Of a DNA stretch of 64,000 bases, positions 19,366 through 29,336 are shown one piece after another. The notes beneath the pieces were generated by a model. The model worked only from the letters and a program-made list of their open reading frames with translations. It had not been told where the DNA came from and searched no databases. Each line of letters starts with the position of its first letter. Position 1 is the first letter of the stretch. The stretch is from the sequence record LR756508.1. One strand, 5' to 3'. A program made the position numbers and the translations under genes.

Positions 19366-19739
19366 TAAATGTTCATGAAAGCCTGATGTTTTCGTCGCAG
19401 GATGAATGAACCGCTCTTATATCTAAACTTGAATTTTACGTAAGATTTTCTCCCTTTTGTGGGAGCTGCTTCAGCCTAAGCGGCTGTTGGAGCTTGTAAA
19501 ACCTGCAAGAAAGAACTTCAAGCGTGAAGTTCACATCAGCAGTTAACATCAAGTGTTTTTGGTATCAAAACCCGAGTTGACTCGGGAGTCCCTGTACCAG
19601 AAACCGAGCCACGTGAATCTGGCTCTGATCAAGGAAGCGTCGACGGCAAAGGTGACACTGCTGGAGCTTGAATTGTATTTAAGCTTGTGTCGCAGTTGAG
19701 CCTGAGTTTGCCTTGAAGCCCCCGACGGGGGTCGTTCAC
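19366..19739 (+). mobile_element. Non-autonomous derivative of the tnpB elements (left end, omegaRNA region and right end; no intact ORF)
   Basis: TTAT|taaatgttcatg-AAAG left end. The internal sequence aligns with the tnpB 3' ends (e.g. caaggaagcgtcgacggcaaag). Right end GAAG-cccccgacggggg-tcgt-TCAC. Confidence 0.82.
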
Positions 19740-19901
19740 GAGTACCGTCGAAATGGCGGGAGCACTCGAAAGTGTTTATGTCTGTTGGAGGATTCTTAAA
19801 ACTTCGTCTCGCTTCTATTAGGTTATCGAAGTTGATTTGTTGAAACAGAAAGTCTTTTCCGCGAGGAGGAAATCCTTCGGCTCATCGAGGGGAGTAGTTA
19901 G
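19740..19901 (+). mobile_element. Possible second omegaRNA/right-end remnant directly after the previous element
   Basis: Short GC hairpins at 19740-19775 and a right-end-like AAAT-ccttcggctcatcgagggg-agtag-TTAG. Confidence 0.4.
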
Positions 19902-19951
19902 ATAATCTCGAATGTCACTTAAAACACCTAAAAATCGTATAGAGAAATAAT

Positions 19952-22426
19952 ATGCCTGAAGAATTTGTAAGCCCCGGTGTTTTTACTGAGGAGAATGATC
20001 AAAGCTTTCTTCAACAGGGCGTTTCACAAATAAGTGGCGTATTCGTTGGTCCGACTCAGCGTGGTCCCGCATTTACACCTACGCTGGTTGAAAGCGTCGA
20101 TGAATATGAACGAATTTTTGGACTTGGAGACTTCTACACAGACTTTGCCGTCAAAAACTACCTTGAAGATGCAGGTTCTGCTTATGTAGTAAGACTTCTC
20201 GGAGAGGAAGGCCACACAAGTGAAACAATTGAACTGATCTTGGACGCCTCGTCAGCACCATTTTCTGGAGTAACCGACGACTTCTTGTTAGGTGTACTTG
20301 CACCTACACAAGCTATCGGAGATGATAAAGTTGTCACTGCCGATGTTTCAAACTCAAGAAATAGTGTTACCGATTTTGAATTGGACATTGGAATCGATAA
20401 TACTGGGAACGGAAATGCAGATAATACTGTAACATACGTTCTTTCTCTTAACCCTTCCGACCAGAATTACTTCCAAAAAGTATTCGGGACCTCCCCGCAA
20501 GGAGCGAGGGAAGTTTACGTTAAAGAAAACTACCCCGGACTGCACGAAGAAATTCTGGCGGAAGAGGGTGGTGGAGTAAGCCAGACCCTTCACGCTACTA
20601 CTCCTTCTGAAGACTTGATCCAGTTTGATGGCGAGCCATATAGCACAGCCGAAACCCCATGGATCAAATCTCAAGACCTTCTTCCAAACCAGCCAAATGT
20701 AACGGACCGAAGAAACCTTTTTAAGTTTGTTACTCTTTCCCATGGAAACGACGTGAACCGAAGGTTTAAGGTTGGAATTCGCGATGTAACACTTCCTGGA
20801 GATGTGCCGGGAACAGATTATGGAAACTTTGACGTTGTTGTTCGCGATATCGAAGATACCGACAGGAGGCCAGACATTCTTGAAATCTATAGCAACGTAA
20901 ATCTCAACCCGTCTTCTCCTCGATACCTGCCGAGAGTTATCGGAGATAGGTATACCGTGTTTACAGAAGAAGGGAAAGTCCAGAAGAAAGGAGACTGGCC
21001 GAATAACTCGGACTTGATTAGGGTAGAAATGAATCCTGATGTCGTTGACGCTAACGACGAAGGACTTAATGATCTTAGCAACTTGGTTCCATGGGGCTTT
21101 GGAGCTTACGAATTCCCGATTGAATATACAACTGCACCGTTCCACGGACTTCAAACCGTTACCAGCCAGGGAACGGTTGATAATTCCTCGCTTTATCCTC
21201 AGCGAGATCCAGGAAGCCCTGATCCTCCGTTTGACAACAGGACTTATCTTGGATTCGACTTTGATGCAGAGAGTAATCACAACTTCCTGGCTCCTGTTGG
21301 AAATAAAGATAATATTAGCCCAACCCTCGAAAATATGCTGGATGCGCTTGATACAGACTTTAGCATCGACGATGCTTATCCAGATGCATTTGGAGAATAC
21401 CAGGAAGACAATCAAGGCAACCGACTTTCAGGAACAGAAGAATCTGAGCGGAGATTTCTCGTAGGTTTCCAAGGAGGTTACGATGGAAAAGATCCTTCGA
21501 CTCCAATTGAGAAAGGCGAAGACATAACTGCTGGAAACACCCAGGGGTTTGACTGCTCAGGGCAGACTGCACCGGGTTCACAGGCGTATAACAAGGCGTT
21601 CGGTATTATGAGCAATACCGATCAATACGATATTAATCTTCTCGTAACGCCTGGAATTATTAAAAGCCTTCACTCCTCAGTCGTCGCCGATGGAATTGAT
21701 CTGGTTGAAGGTAGGCGAGATGCGTTCTATATTTTCGACTGCGTAGGAGTCGACGCGACCGTTTCGGAAGCAGCGAACTCAATCAATAACATTGACTCCA
21801 ATTACGCAGGAACGTATTATCCCTGGGTTCGGGCTATTGACAACAATACAAATAGGCTCAAGGACCTGCCGCCTTCCGTGGTGATGCCTCGCGTTTACGC
21901 CTTCAACGATCAGGTGGCAGCCGAGTGGTTTGCGCCTGCAGGATTGAACCGAGGTGGAATTCCGGAGGCTCGGGAGGCAGTGTCGAACCTCACGAAGGCA
22001 GAGCGAGATACGCTTTACGACGCTCGCGTAAACCCAATCGCCTCGTTCCCGGATGAAGGAATCGTCGCTTGGGGCCAGAAAACTACACAAGCCCTGCCGA
22101 GCGCACTTGATAGGATTAATGTTAGAAGGCTTCTTATTAGGGTTAAAAAGTTCATCGCTTCAGCCTCCAGGTTCCTCGTGTTCGAGCAAAACACTGCTCA
22201 AACTCGGGCGCAGTTTAGAAATATCGTTAATCCTTACCTGGACACGGTTCAGCAGAGGCAGGGGCTTTACGCCTTCAGGGTCAAAATGGACTCAGAAAAC
22301 AATCCTCCGGAGGTAATTGACAGAAATCAGCTTGTCGGCGAACTATTTTTACAGCCTAGTAGGGCAGCCGAATACGTCTCACTTACATTTAACATCCTCC
22401 CAACCGGAGCAACGTTCGGCGGCTAA
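19952..22426 (+). CDS. Major tail sheath protein paralog 2 (gp18-like)
   Basis: FVSPGVFTEENDQS, VFVGPTQRGPAF, AAEWFAPAGLNRGGI, WGQKT, DRINVRRLLI, ELFLQPSRAAEYV. Confidence 0.93.
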   Translation: MPEEFVSPGVFTEENDQSFLQQGVSQISGVFVGPTQRGPAFTPTLVESVDEYERIFGLGDFYTDFAVKNYLEDAGSAYVVRLLGEEGHTSETIELILDASSAPFSGVTDDFLLGVLAPTQAIGDDKVVTADVSNSRNSVTDFELDIGIDNTGNGNADNTVTYVLSLNPSDQNYFQKVFGTSPQGAREVYVKENYPGLHEEILAEEGGGVSQTLHATTPSEDLIQFDGEPYSTAETPWIKSQDLLPNQPNVTDRRNLFKFVTLSHGNDVNRRFKVGIRDVTLPGDVPGTDYGNFDVVVRDIEDTDRRPDILEIYSNVNLNPSSPRYLPRVIGDRYTVFTEEGKVQKKGDWPNNSDLIRVEMNPDVVDANDEGLNDLSNLVPWGFGAYEFPIEYTTAPFHGLQTVTSQGTVDNSSLYPQRDPGSPDPPFDNRTYLGFDFDAESNHNFLAPVGNKDNISPTLENMLDALDTDFSIDDAYPDAFGEYQEDNQGNRLSGTEESERRFLVGFQGGYDGKDPSTPIEKGEDITAGNTQGFDCSGQTAPGSQAYNKAFGIMSNTDQYDINLLVTPGIIKSLHSSVVADGIDLVEGRRDAFYIFDCVGVDATVSEAANSINNIDSNYAGTYYPWVRAIDNNTNRLKDLPPSVVMPRVYAFNDQVAAEWFAPAGLNRGGIPEAREAVSNLTKAERDTLYDARVNPIASFPDEGIVAWGQKTTQALPSALDRINVRRLLIRVKKFIASASRFLVFEQNTAQTRAQFRNIVNPYLDTVQQRQGLYAFRVKMDSENNPPEVIDRNQLVGELFLQPSRAAEYVSLTFNILPTGATFGG

Positions 22427-22474
22427 AGCAAATATGTAAAAGCTGCGAAAAATATTTGAACAAAAAAAGTAAAG

Positions 22475-22518
22475 AGTCCGTGTGCTACCTATGTGTAGCA
22501 CATGGACTTTTTTTTTTT
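22475..22518 (+). terminator. Rho-independent terminator after the sheath gene
   Basis: agtccgtgtgctac/gtagcacatggact stem followed by 11 T. Confidence 0.8.
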
Positions 22519-22537
22519 GGTTTAGCAACTCAAAGCT

Positions 22538-24307
22538 GTGGATTCAAATCTTTCAGACGACCAGATAAAAGAAATAGCAGAAGAGCACCCTTCGCACATC
22601 ACAATAAAGCTTAAAGCAGAAGACAGCGAGTTTTATAATCACATCGACCAAAAGTATGAGGCAGATAGATTCACAGAAAAACTCTATCAATATTTGTATG
22701 GAGAAGATGAAAAAACTTGTGACTTAGACGAATGTTCTAATACCTGTAACTTCCAAAGTTTTGGACTTGGATTTCAAAAGTATTGTTCATATGACTGTAG
22801 TGGAGCCGCTAAGAAAAACCGCGTAAAAAATGAGTGTGAGATATGCGAGAAAAACTTTGAAACTGTAGAATCAAGATCCCGCAGGTTTTGTAGTGAAGAG
22901 TGTAGAAGAAAATATAATAAGACTGAAGAGTGTAATAGAAAAAGAGTTGAGTCACATAAAAAAACAACACAAGAGAAGTATGGAGAAGATTTTTACTTCC
23001 AAACCGATGAGTTCAAAGAGAAAGCCAAAGAAACAAAGATAGAGAGATACGGTAAGAAGAATTATAAAAATGTTAAAAAGGCCAAAAAAACAAAAAAAGA
23101 AAGATATGGGGATCCAAACTACAACAATAAAGAAAAAATGCTTGAAACATTAAATCAGAGGTATGAGTCGAGAAACGGGCAGTTTATAGAAAACATTTCT
23201 CAAACACGTGAGTATAGAGAAACTCAGCGTCAAAATCAGATTGATGTTATTGACAAGAAACTTCCAAGTCATATTAGCAGGGGTTTTGGGGTTGAAGATT
23301 ATAATGGAGTCCGAAATTCCGAAGGAATGTTTTACTATAAATTTTTCTGCTCCAAGTGTGAGGAGACATTTATGGATAAATTTGATTATGGAAACTTCCC
23401 TTCCTGCCCGTCCTGCGATAGACCTTCGCAGGGAGTTTCTAAAATTGAAAATGAAGTTTGTGAATACGTAAAATCAATCTTACCAGACCAAACGGAAGTC
23501 TTTGAAAACGACAATGAACTTCTTGGCAGAAAAGAGATAGATATTTATGTTCCTGAAAAAAATGTCGCTATTGAATTCAATGGGATATACTGGCATAGCG
23601 AGAACGGCGGTGGAAAAGATAAAGATTATCACTTGAAAAAGACTGAAGCCTGCGAAGAAGCAGGCATTCAACTTATTCATATTTTCGAAAACGAGTGGAT
23701 TTTAAACAGAGATGTTGTCGAGAGAAAACTGGCCCATATTCTTAAAAGCTCTAGTGATGACGCAGTTCATGAAAGGAATTGCAGAGTTGAGACAATTACG
23801 AATGAAGAAGCCCAGGTATTTTTGGAAGAACATCACCTCCAAGGATCTTTTGAATGTACCTTTAACCTGGGACTATTTTTAGAGAATGAACTGGTCGGGG
23901 TTATGACATTTGAAAGATTTTTAACAGACAACTCCAACTCCTGGACGATAAAAAGATTTGCACTTTCAAAACGTGTTGAAGGTGCAGCAAAAAAACTGTT
24001 TACTGAATTCCGAAGAAGAAAAGGTCCTGATAAAGTTGTAATCCATCTAGATCGACGTCGGAGTTCAAAACTGGATAACGTTTATGATAATATTGGATTC
24101 GAACTAGAAATAACAGACCCAAACTATTATTATTTTAAGGAAAGCTCAGTTCAGCTTTACGATCAAAACAGTTTCAGAAAAGAAGTGCTAAACGAAAAAC
24201 TTGAAAACTTTGATTCTGACTTGACGGAATGGGAAAACATGCAGAGGCACGGTTATGACAGAATTTGGGACTGTGGACATTTGAAATACACTTGGACAAA
24301 AAATTAG
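22538..24307 (+). CDS. Zn-rich PD-(D/E)XK homing-endonuclease-like protein with C-terminal GNAT-like domain (paralog 1)
   Basis: CxxC/CSxxC clusters, KKTxxERYG repeats, EIDIYVPEKNVAIEFNGIYWHS, C-terminus LTEWENM..RIWDCG. Confidence 0.75.
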   Translation: MDSNLSDDQIKEIAEEHPSHITIKLKAEDSEFYNHIDQKYEADRFTEKLYQYLYGEDEKTCDLDECSNTCNFQSFGLGFQKYCSYDCSGAAKKNRVKNECEICEKNFETVESRSRRFCSEECRRKYNKTEECNRKRVESHKKTTQEKYGEDFYFQTDEFKEKAKETKIERYGKKNYKNVKKAKKTKKERYGDPNYNNKEKMLETLNQRYESRNGQFIENISQTREYRETQRQNQIDVIDKKLPSHISRGFGVEDYNGVRNSEGMFYYKFFCSKCEETFMDKFDYGNFPSCPSCDRPSQGVSKIENEVCEYVKSILPDQTEVFENDNELLGRKEIDIYVPEKNVAIEFNGIYWHSENGGGKDKDYHLKKTEACEEAGIQLIHIFENEWILNRDVVERKLAHILKSSSDDAVHERNCRVETITNEEAQVFLEEHHLQGSFECTFNLGLFLENELVGVMTFERFLTDNSNSWTIKRFALSKRVEGAAKKLFTEFRRRKGPDKVVIHLDRRRSSKLDNVYDNIGFELEITDPNYYYFKESSVQLYDQNSFRKEVLNEKLENFDSDLTEWENMQRHGYDRIWDCGHLKYTWTKN

Positions 24308-24312
24308 GTTTT

Positions 24313-26652
24313 ATGGATTTTAACTATTCAAAAGAAGACATAGAGAGAATAGCAGAAGAGTGTCCTTCACTCGTGACGAGAAAAATAAAAGCACATGATA
24401 AGAAACTATATGAGCATGTGAGCAAAAACTTTAAAGGAGAGAAATTCACAGAGAAGCTTTTCCGATTTATGTATGGCAATGAAGCTTCTGTGTGTGATAT
24501 GAGGGATTGCGAAAATACTGTAAGTTTTTTAAGTTTCACTAGAGGATTCAAAGAGTTTTGTTCACGATCATGTGGAGCCAGAAAAAAAGGTTCAAAAGAA
24601 AACATTAAATGTTCCTACTGCGAAAAAGAGATAGATGTGTATAAGTCTGAAGACAAAAAATACTGTTCTCATGAATGCTACATAAAACACAGAAATCAAA
24701 AAGATGATTTTGATGAGCAGTTGAGAAAAGCTAATAGGTTATTTTGGGATGATGATATTGATGGAGATGTTGATAAAAAAGACATTATGCCTAAAGAAGA
24801 TATTAAAAAAATTGCAGAAAAACATGAAACTCATTTGCTACGGAGAATTAAATCTGCCTCTCTTGAAACGAAAGCTTTTATCGATAACAATATTAGTGGA
24901 GAAACGTTTGTAGAGAAAGTATATCGATTTGTTTATAATGATATTACCGATGAGTGTGATATAGATGGCTGCGATAACACTTGCTCTTTTAAATCTTTTT
25001 CTGAAGGATATAAAGACTTCTGCTCAATAGATTGCGTCATTAAATCAAATGATTACTCGGCTATAAGAGATAAAGCTAAGTCTACGCTTCAAAAACGGTA
25101 TGGAGTCGACCATCCGGCTAAAATGGAAGATTATGAGGAAAAGGTAAAAAAGACGAAAGAAGAGCGATATGGTGATCCAAATTATAACAATATCGAGCAG
25201 ATGAAGAAGACTTGCCAAAACAAATATGGTGGCGTTGGTTTTGCCTCCGATAGACTAAAAGAAAAAGTGAGAGAGACATGTAGAGATGTATATGGTGATC
25301 CTGATTATAAAAACAGGAATAAAGCCATGAAGACTATTAGAGAAAGGTATGGTCAAAAAATTCCCCCTAAGGCTTTAGAAAAATTAAAAGAGAGGTTGGA
25401 AAAGGGTGAAGTTGGTTTTGGTTCAGATAATTATCTGAATTCAATACGCGAAAAATATGGGAGAGAAGATATTGAAAACATTTCGCAGGTTGAAGAGATT
25501 AAAAATAAAAAAAGGAGAAATCGTTTGAAGAAAAAATACAAAAAACTTTTCGAGAGCCCCAAATTTTCTGATAAGATAAAACCATTATTCTCCTTTGAAG
25601 ATTACGAAGGCGTTTACTTGGAAGATAATGAACAAACAACACCGAGATACCCATTCAAATGTAAAAAATGTGATACAGAGTTCGAGGACTATTTGAATTC
25701 TGGTCATGTTCCAAGATGTCCTGAGTGTGATCCGAAAATGTGTAAACGATCAAATGCAGAAGAAGAAATAACTGCTTTTATAGAGAAGATCTTACCAGAA
25801 GATCAAGAAGTAGTTAAAAACGATAAGTCGGTTCTAGACGGAAAAGAACTCGACATCTACACCCCTGGCAAAAATATAGCAATCGAGTATAACGGTTTAT
25901 ACTGGCACAGCGAGACCCAGGGAGGAAAAGACAGGTATTACCATTTAAACAAGACGGAAGAATGCGAAGACCAGGGAATCCAGCTTATTCACATTTTTGG
26001 AAACGAGTGGAGAGACAAACCTGATGTAATTAAAAGAAGGCTCCGTCACATTCTTGGATGCTCTAACCAAGATTCTATTTATGCCAGGAACTGCACAGTA
26101 AAAGAAATAGACAGGAAAGCGAAGTCCCGTTTCCTAAAAAAATATCACCTGCAGGGAGCAGGTGCTTCTCGCATAAAACTTGGGCTTTTTCACGGCGAGT
26201 TTTTTAACAGCGATTTGGTAGGTGTGATGACTTTTGGAACCCCAAGCGTTGCGCAGGGTCACAAGGAAAATAAAAGAAAACAGTGGGAAATGAAGCGTTT
26301 TGCCTTATCGAAACCTGTTGTGGGAGGAACGGGAAAGCTTTTTAAGCACTTTGTACGAAGCTACGATGCGCCGAGAGTGAAAACGTATGCCGATAGGCGT
26401 TGGAGCACGAAAATCGATAACGTGTATGAAAAGATTGGATTTGAGTATATTGGATCAAGCAATCCAAACTATTATTATTTTCACAAAGAAAATCCAATTT
26501 TGAAACACAGATTTAATTTTCGAAAAGACCAGTTGGACGACAAACTTAAAAACTTCGATCCAAACTTAACTGAATGGGAGAATATGCAGAGGCACGATTA
26601 CGACAGGATTTGGGACTGCGGCCACCTAAAATACATCTGGGAAGCTGACTAA
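24313..26652 (+). CDS. Same endonuclease family (paralog 2) with duplicated N-terminal Zn module
   Basis: ATG at 24313. Two copies of KEDI..IAE..GE.F.EK..RF.Y..C..C..F.SF..G.K.FCS..C; ELDIYTPGKNIAIEYNGLYWHS; YADRRWS. Confidence 0.75.
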   Translation: MDFNYSKEDIERIAEECPSLVTRKIKAHDKKLYEHVSKNFKGEKFTEKLFRFMYGNEASVCDMRDCENTVSFLSFTRGFKEFCSRSCGARKKGSKENIKCSYCEKEIDVYKSEDKKYCSHECYIKHRNQKDDFDEQLRKANRLFWDDDIDGDVDKKDIMPKEDIKKIAEKHETHLLRRIKSASLETKAFIDNNISGETFVEKVYRFVYNDITDECDIDGCDNTCSFKSFSEGYKDFCSIDCVIKSNDYSAIRDKAKSTLQKRYGVDHPAKMEDYEEKVKKTKEERYGDPNYNNIEQMKKTCQNKYGGVGFASDRLKEKVRETCRDVYGDPDYKNRNKAMKTIRERYGQKIPPKALEKLKERLEKGEVGFGSDNYLNSIREKYGREDIENISQVEEIKNKKRRNRLKKKYKKLFESPKFSDKIKPLFSFEDYEGVYLEDNEQTTPRYPFKCKKCDTEFEDYLNSGHVPRCPECDPKMCKRSNAEEEITAFIEKILPEDQEVVKNDKSVLDGKELDIYTPGKNIAIEYNGLYWHSETQGGKDRYYHLNKTEECEDQGIQLIHIFGNEWRDKPDVIKRRLRHILGCSNQDSIYARNCTVKEIDRKAKSRFLKKYHLQGAGASRIKLGLFHGEFFNSDLVGVMTFGTPSVAQGHKENKRKQWEMKRFALSKPVVGGTGKLFKHFVRSYDAPRVKTYADRRWSTKIDNVYEKIGFEYIGSSNPNYYYFHKENPILKHRFNFRKDQLDDKLKNFDPNLTEWENMQRHDYDRIWDCGHLKYIWEAD

Positions 26653-27179
26653 TGAGATTGAAAAAACTACTGGTTGAGTCAAATATCAAAAGTCTTAAAA
26701 AGAAAGTAAGCCAGGCAGATTTTGAATACCAGGTCAACATGTCTGGAAGAGACAATATTCAAGGCAAGCTAAATCGGACGTATCAACCCGAAACCATGCC
26801 TTCTCCAAACAAACCCGATAAAGGGCTGTGGACGGCTTTTCCTTATGTAAAAAATGGAAACCTTACAAATACGTGGAAAGCTTCCTCTCCCTCAAATCAG
26901 TTTGAGTACAACTACGAGTATTATCTAAAGGTAAGGGGAAATCCAAACGTTCTTGAGATCACTGAGAAGCACAAGTATGAGGACGTATACAACGAGTATG
27001 GAAAAAATGAAATGATGGGATTTTGGTTTTTGGATTATGAAAAGGTGGCAGAAGATTACGACTGCGTTTACGTTAGTAGAAGCGCCTTATCGGTTAAATC
27101 TCTCTGGGGATGGGACGTGCGTTCTGCCGTTTGGTTTGATACAAATTATTTGAGCTTGGTTTATACTAGAGAGATCTAA
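26652..27179 (+). CDS. Short-leader protein (MRLKKLLVE), possible ART fold
   Basis: KPDKGLWTA..W..YYLKV..VLEI..DYEKVAEDYDCV..LWGWDVRS pattern. Confidence 0.5.
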   Translation: MRLKKLLVESNIKSLKKKVSQADFEYQVNMSGRDNIQGKLNRTYQPETMPSPNKPDKGLWTAFPYVKNGNLTNTWKASSPSNQFEYNYEYYLKVRGNPNVLEITEKHKYEDVYNEYGKNEMMGFWFLDYEKVAEDYDCVYVSRSALSVKSLWGWDVRSAVWFDTNYLSLVYTREI

Positions 27180-27964
27180 TGGCCCAACTTAAAAAATTAT
27201 TGGTCGAGGAAAAGAAGTTAAACTTTTTTGAGAACGAACTAAACTCTGGCAACTGGTATTATCCGTCTCCCGATAAGCTGTTGTTTAGAGGTGAAGGGGG
27301 AATGGAAAATATTTGGGAGATAAAAGGGATAAGGAAAGATCGAGAACCGAGAGACACAAACCCTTTGATCCACGCGATAGTAGATGCTATAAATGAGGTA
27401 GAGCGCTACCGAGTTCCAAAAAGGAGCGAGGCTAAATTTGCTGGAGGATCGAATCGAGTAGATGACATGGAAGAATACGGAGATCTAACAGTTTGTTTTC
27501 CTGAAAAAAGTCAAAAAATATACTATCTTGAGGGAGACAGTTTTACGGATTTTATGTATGCCAATAAAAAATTGAAAGACATAACGTTTTTAAGTAATGA
27601 AGACATAGAGAATTTAAATGATGAATACCAGTACTTTAGTAATTTCTTTTATATTCTAAACCAGGTAAATGTAGATCTTAGCGTCCTCTATAATTTCATC
27701 AAAGAAACATATCGAGATACATTTAATCAAGCTAAGAAACTCTCTCAAACAATAAAATATGGTCCAGATATCAAATCTGCTGCTAAGTCAATGAAAAGAA
27801 TGTTTCAAATCATCGAGGATGAATACTATGAAAAGATTGATAGAGGTGTTAACCCGAATGCACATGAACATATTTTTGGCGGCGATCAATACCTTTCTAT
27901 AAAAAAGGAGGTTTTTGAAGAAAATTTCGAGTACGTTAAAGAAAATTGGAGGTTAAAAAGATAA
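27179..27964 (+). CDS. Short-leader protein (MAQLKKLLVEE), LFRG..REPRDT family, possible ART fold
   Basis: Paralog of 35584-36438: L[FY]RG, REPRDT, H, [VY]..FP motifs shared. Confidence 0.5.
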   Translation: MAQLKKLLVEEKKLNFFENELNSGNWYYPSPDKLLFRGEGGMENIWEIKGIRKDREPRDTNPLIHAIVDAINEVERYRVPKRSEAKFAGGSNRVDDMEEYGDLTVCFPEKSQKIYYLEGDSFTDFMYANKKLKDITFLSNEDIENLNDEYQYFSNFFYILNQVNVDLSVLYNFIKETYRDTFNQAKKLSQTIKYGPDIKSAAKSMKRMFQIIEDEYYEKIDRGVNPNAHEHIFGGDQYLSIKKEVFEENFEYVKENWRLKR

Positions 27965-27966
27965 AA

Positions 27967-28401
27967 ATGGTCAGGCTGTATAGAATACTAAAAGAGGTTA
28001 AAAAGCTTCCAGGTTATCTTTTTCACGTGACGGCTAAACAAAACCTGCCTAACATAAAGAAAGATGGATTAAAACCTGAACGGTCTGAGTCAAGCTCAGA
28101 TGGAGTATATTTAAGTAATGATGAATTTACTGCCGCAGATTATGCGAACATGCGGCCTTCCACCGACCACGTTCTTTTGAAAGTTGATACCTCCTATCTA
28201 AATAAAGAAAAGCTGTTTCCCGACGACTATGAACTCGTAGATTTTCTTGAGAGAAATGACTGGAAAGTTGGAGAAAAAAAGTATTACTCCGTCGAAAACG
28301 TGAGTTGGAAGGAAAGTCTAAAATACGTTAATCAGGTCATTTATAAAGATGTTATTCCATATGAAGCTATAGAAACTAAAAAGTCAAAATTCCTTCCATG
28401 A
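27967..28401 (+). CDS. ADP-ribosyltransferase-fold (HxT) protein with short leader MVRLYRILKE
   Basis: LFHVTAKQNLPNIKKDGLKP..GVYLSND..VLLKVD..IPYEAI; ATG at 27967. Confidence 0.68.
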   Translation: MVRLYRILKEVKKLPGYLFHVTAKQNLPNIKKDGLKPERSESSSDGVYLSNDEFTAADYANMRPSTDHVLLKVDTSYLNKEKLFPDDYELVDFLERNDWKVGEKKYYSVENVSWKESLKYVNQVIYKDVIPYEAIETKKSKFLP

Positions 28402-28414
28402 TAAGGGAATTTGA

Positions 28415-28951
28415 GTGAAAACTCCCTTTAGAGACTTTTTTCTTTTTTCTTTTTACATTTTTGTCCTTGTCTACATACTTCCCTTTCCTAGTTCGACCGA
28501 GGGTGAGAGTTACGCTGGTAGTCGGGACACAATAAACGTTAGGGTATCTGAAAAAGAAGCTTCTCAAATCTACAAGGTGCTCTGGGGGTATACAGACATT
28601 GAATTTGTAACGGGTGTGGTTGGAAGAAGGAACCTTCCTCTTTTGTTTGTGCACGGAAACAGGAATGGTAGCCTCTCAGTCTCGAAAGCGGTCCTGAGAA
28701 AAAAGTTAAAAACGTTAGATGTTGACAGGGTATTTATGGTTACTTGTTTTTTTGGGCGATACAAAAAAGGTGAAAGAGAGCTGGCTGGAGTTGAATTGAA
28801 CACTTTTTTTCAAAATCAAAATTATCCCGTAGTTGTTCGGATGAAAGAGCCAGTTAGTTCATTTTTCTTTTCATACAGGGAGCCCCAGATCATATCTTTG
28901 TTTCTTTCGATTCCAAAAACTACAAATAACGGCCCTGCGAGCGGTACTTAG
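28415..28951 (+). CDS. Hypothetical protein with N-terminal hydrophobic segment
   Basis: 178 aa ORF with GTG start; FFLFSFYIFVLVYILP stretch. Confidence 0.5.
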   Translation: MKTPFRDFFLFSFYIFVLVYILPFPSSTEGESYAGSRDTINVRVSEKEASQIYKVLWGYTDIEFVTGVVGRRNLPLLFVHGNRNGSLSVSKAVLRKKLKTLDVDRVFMVTCFFGRYKKGERELAGVELNTFFQNQNYPVVVRMKEPVSSFFFSYREPQIISLFLSIPKTTNNGPASGT

Positions 28952-28953
28952 TA

Positions 28954-29256
28954 TTGGTACATGTACCGAAGAATTCTCGCAGGAAGGTTAACCAAAGTGA
29001 GAAACCGATTATGAGTATGAGCGATAAAGAAGTGCGAGTTGTACGGAAGCACACAAAAGGACTTCCAAGACGCCTTTACGAACTCGTTCTTGAAAGGCTT
29101 GAAAAAGCTCTCAAAGACAGGCCGTTCTGGTTGAAGCTCGTTCATTTCCTTAAAGGAAATGCGAAGTGGATTGAAGAGACGGTCCGAGAGATTGTCGACA
29201 AAGTGAGAAGCGAGTTTGGCGACGAAGAGGGGTCTGAAGAAGAAGGAGGACAGTAA
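28954..29256 (+). CDS. Hypothetical protein
   Basis: 100 aa ORF with an acidic C-terminus; the true start may be later. Confidence 0.5.
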   Translation: MVHVPKNSRRKVNQSEKPIMSMSDKEVRVVRKHTKGLPRRLYELVLERLEKALKDRPFWLKLVHFLKGNAKWIEETVREIVDKVRSEFGDEEGSEEEGGQ

Positions 29257-29336
29257 AACGAAAATGAATCCCCTATGGGAGGTCTGGCTCGATGCCGGAC
29301 CTCCCAATTTTTTTCTCGAACCAAACGTGACATTCC

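Noticed and set aside
20354-21415. 353-aa minus-strand ORF and other antisense ORFs in the track
   Set aside because: They shadow well-supported + strand genes and show no recognisable motifs.
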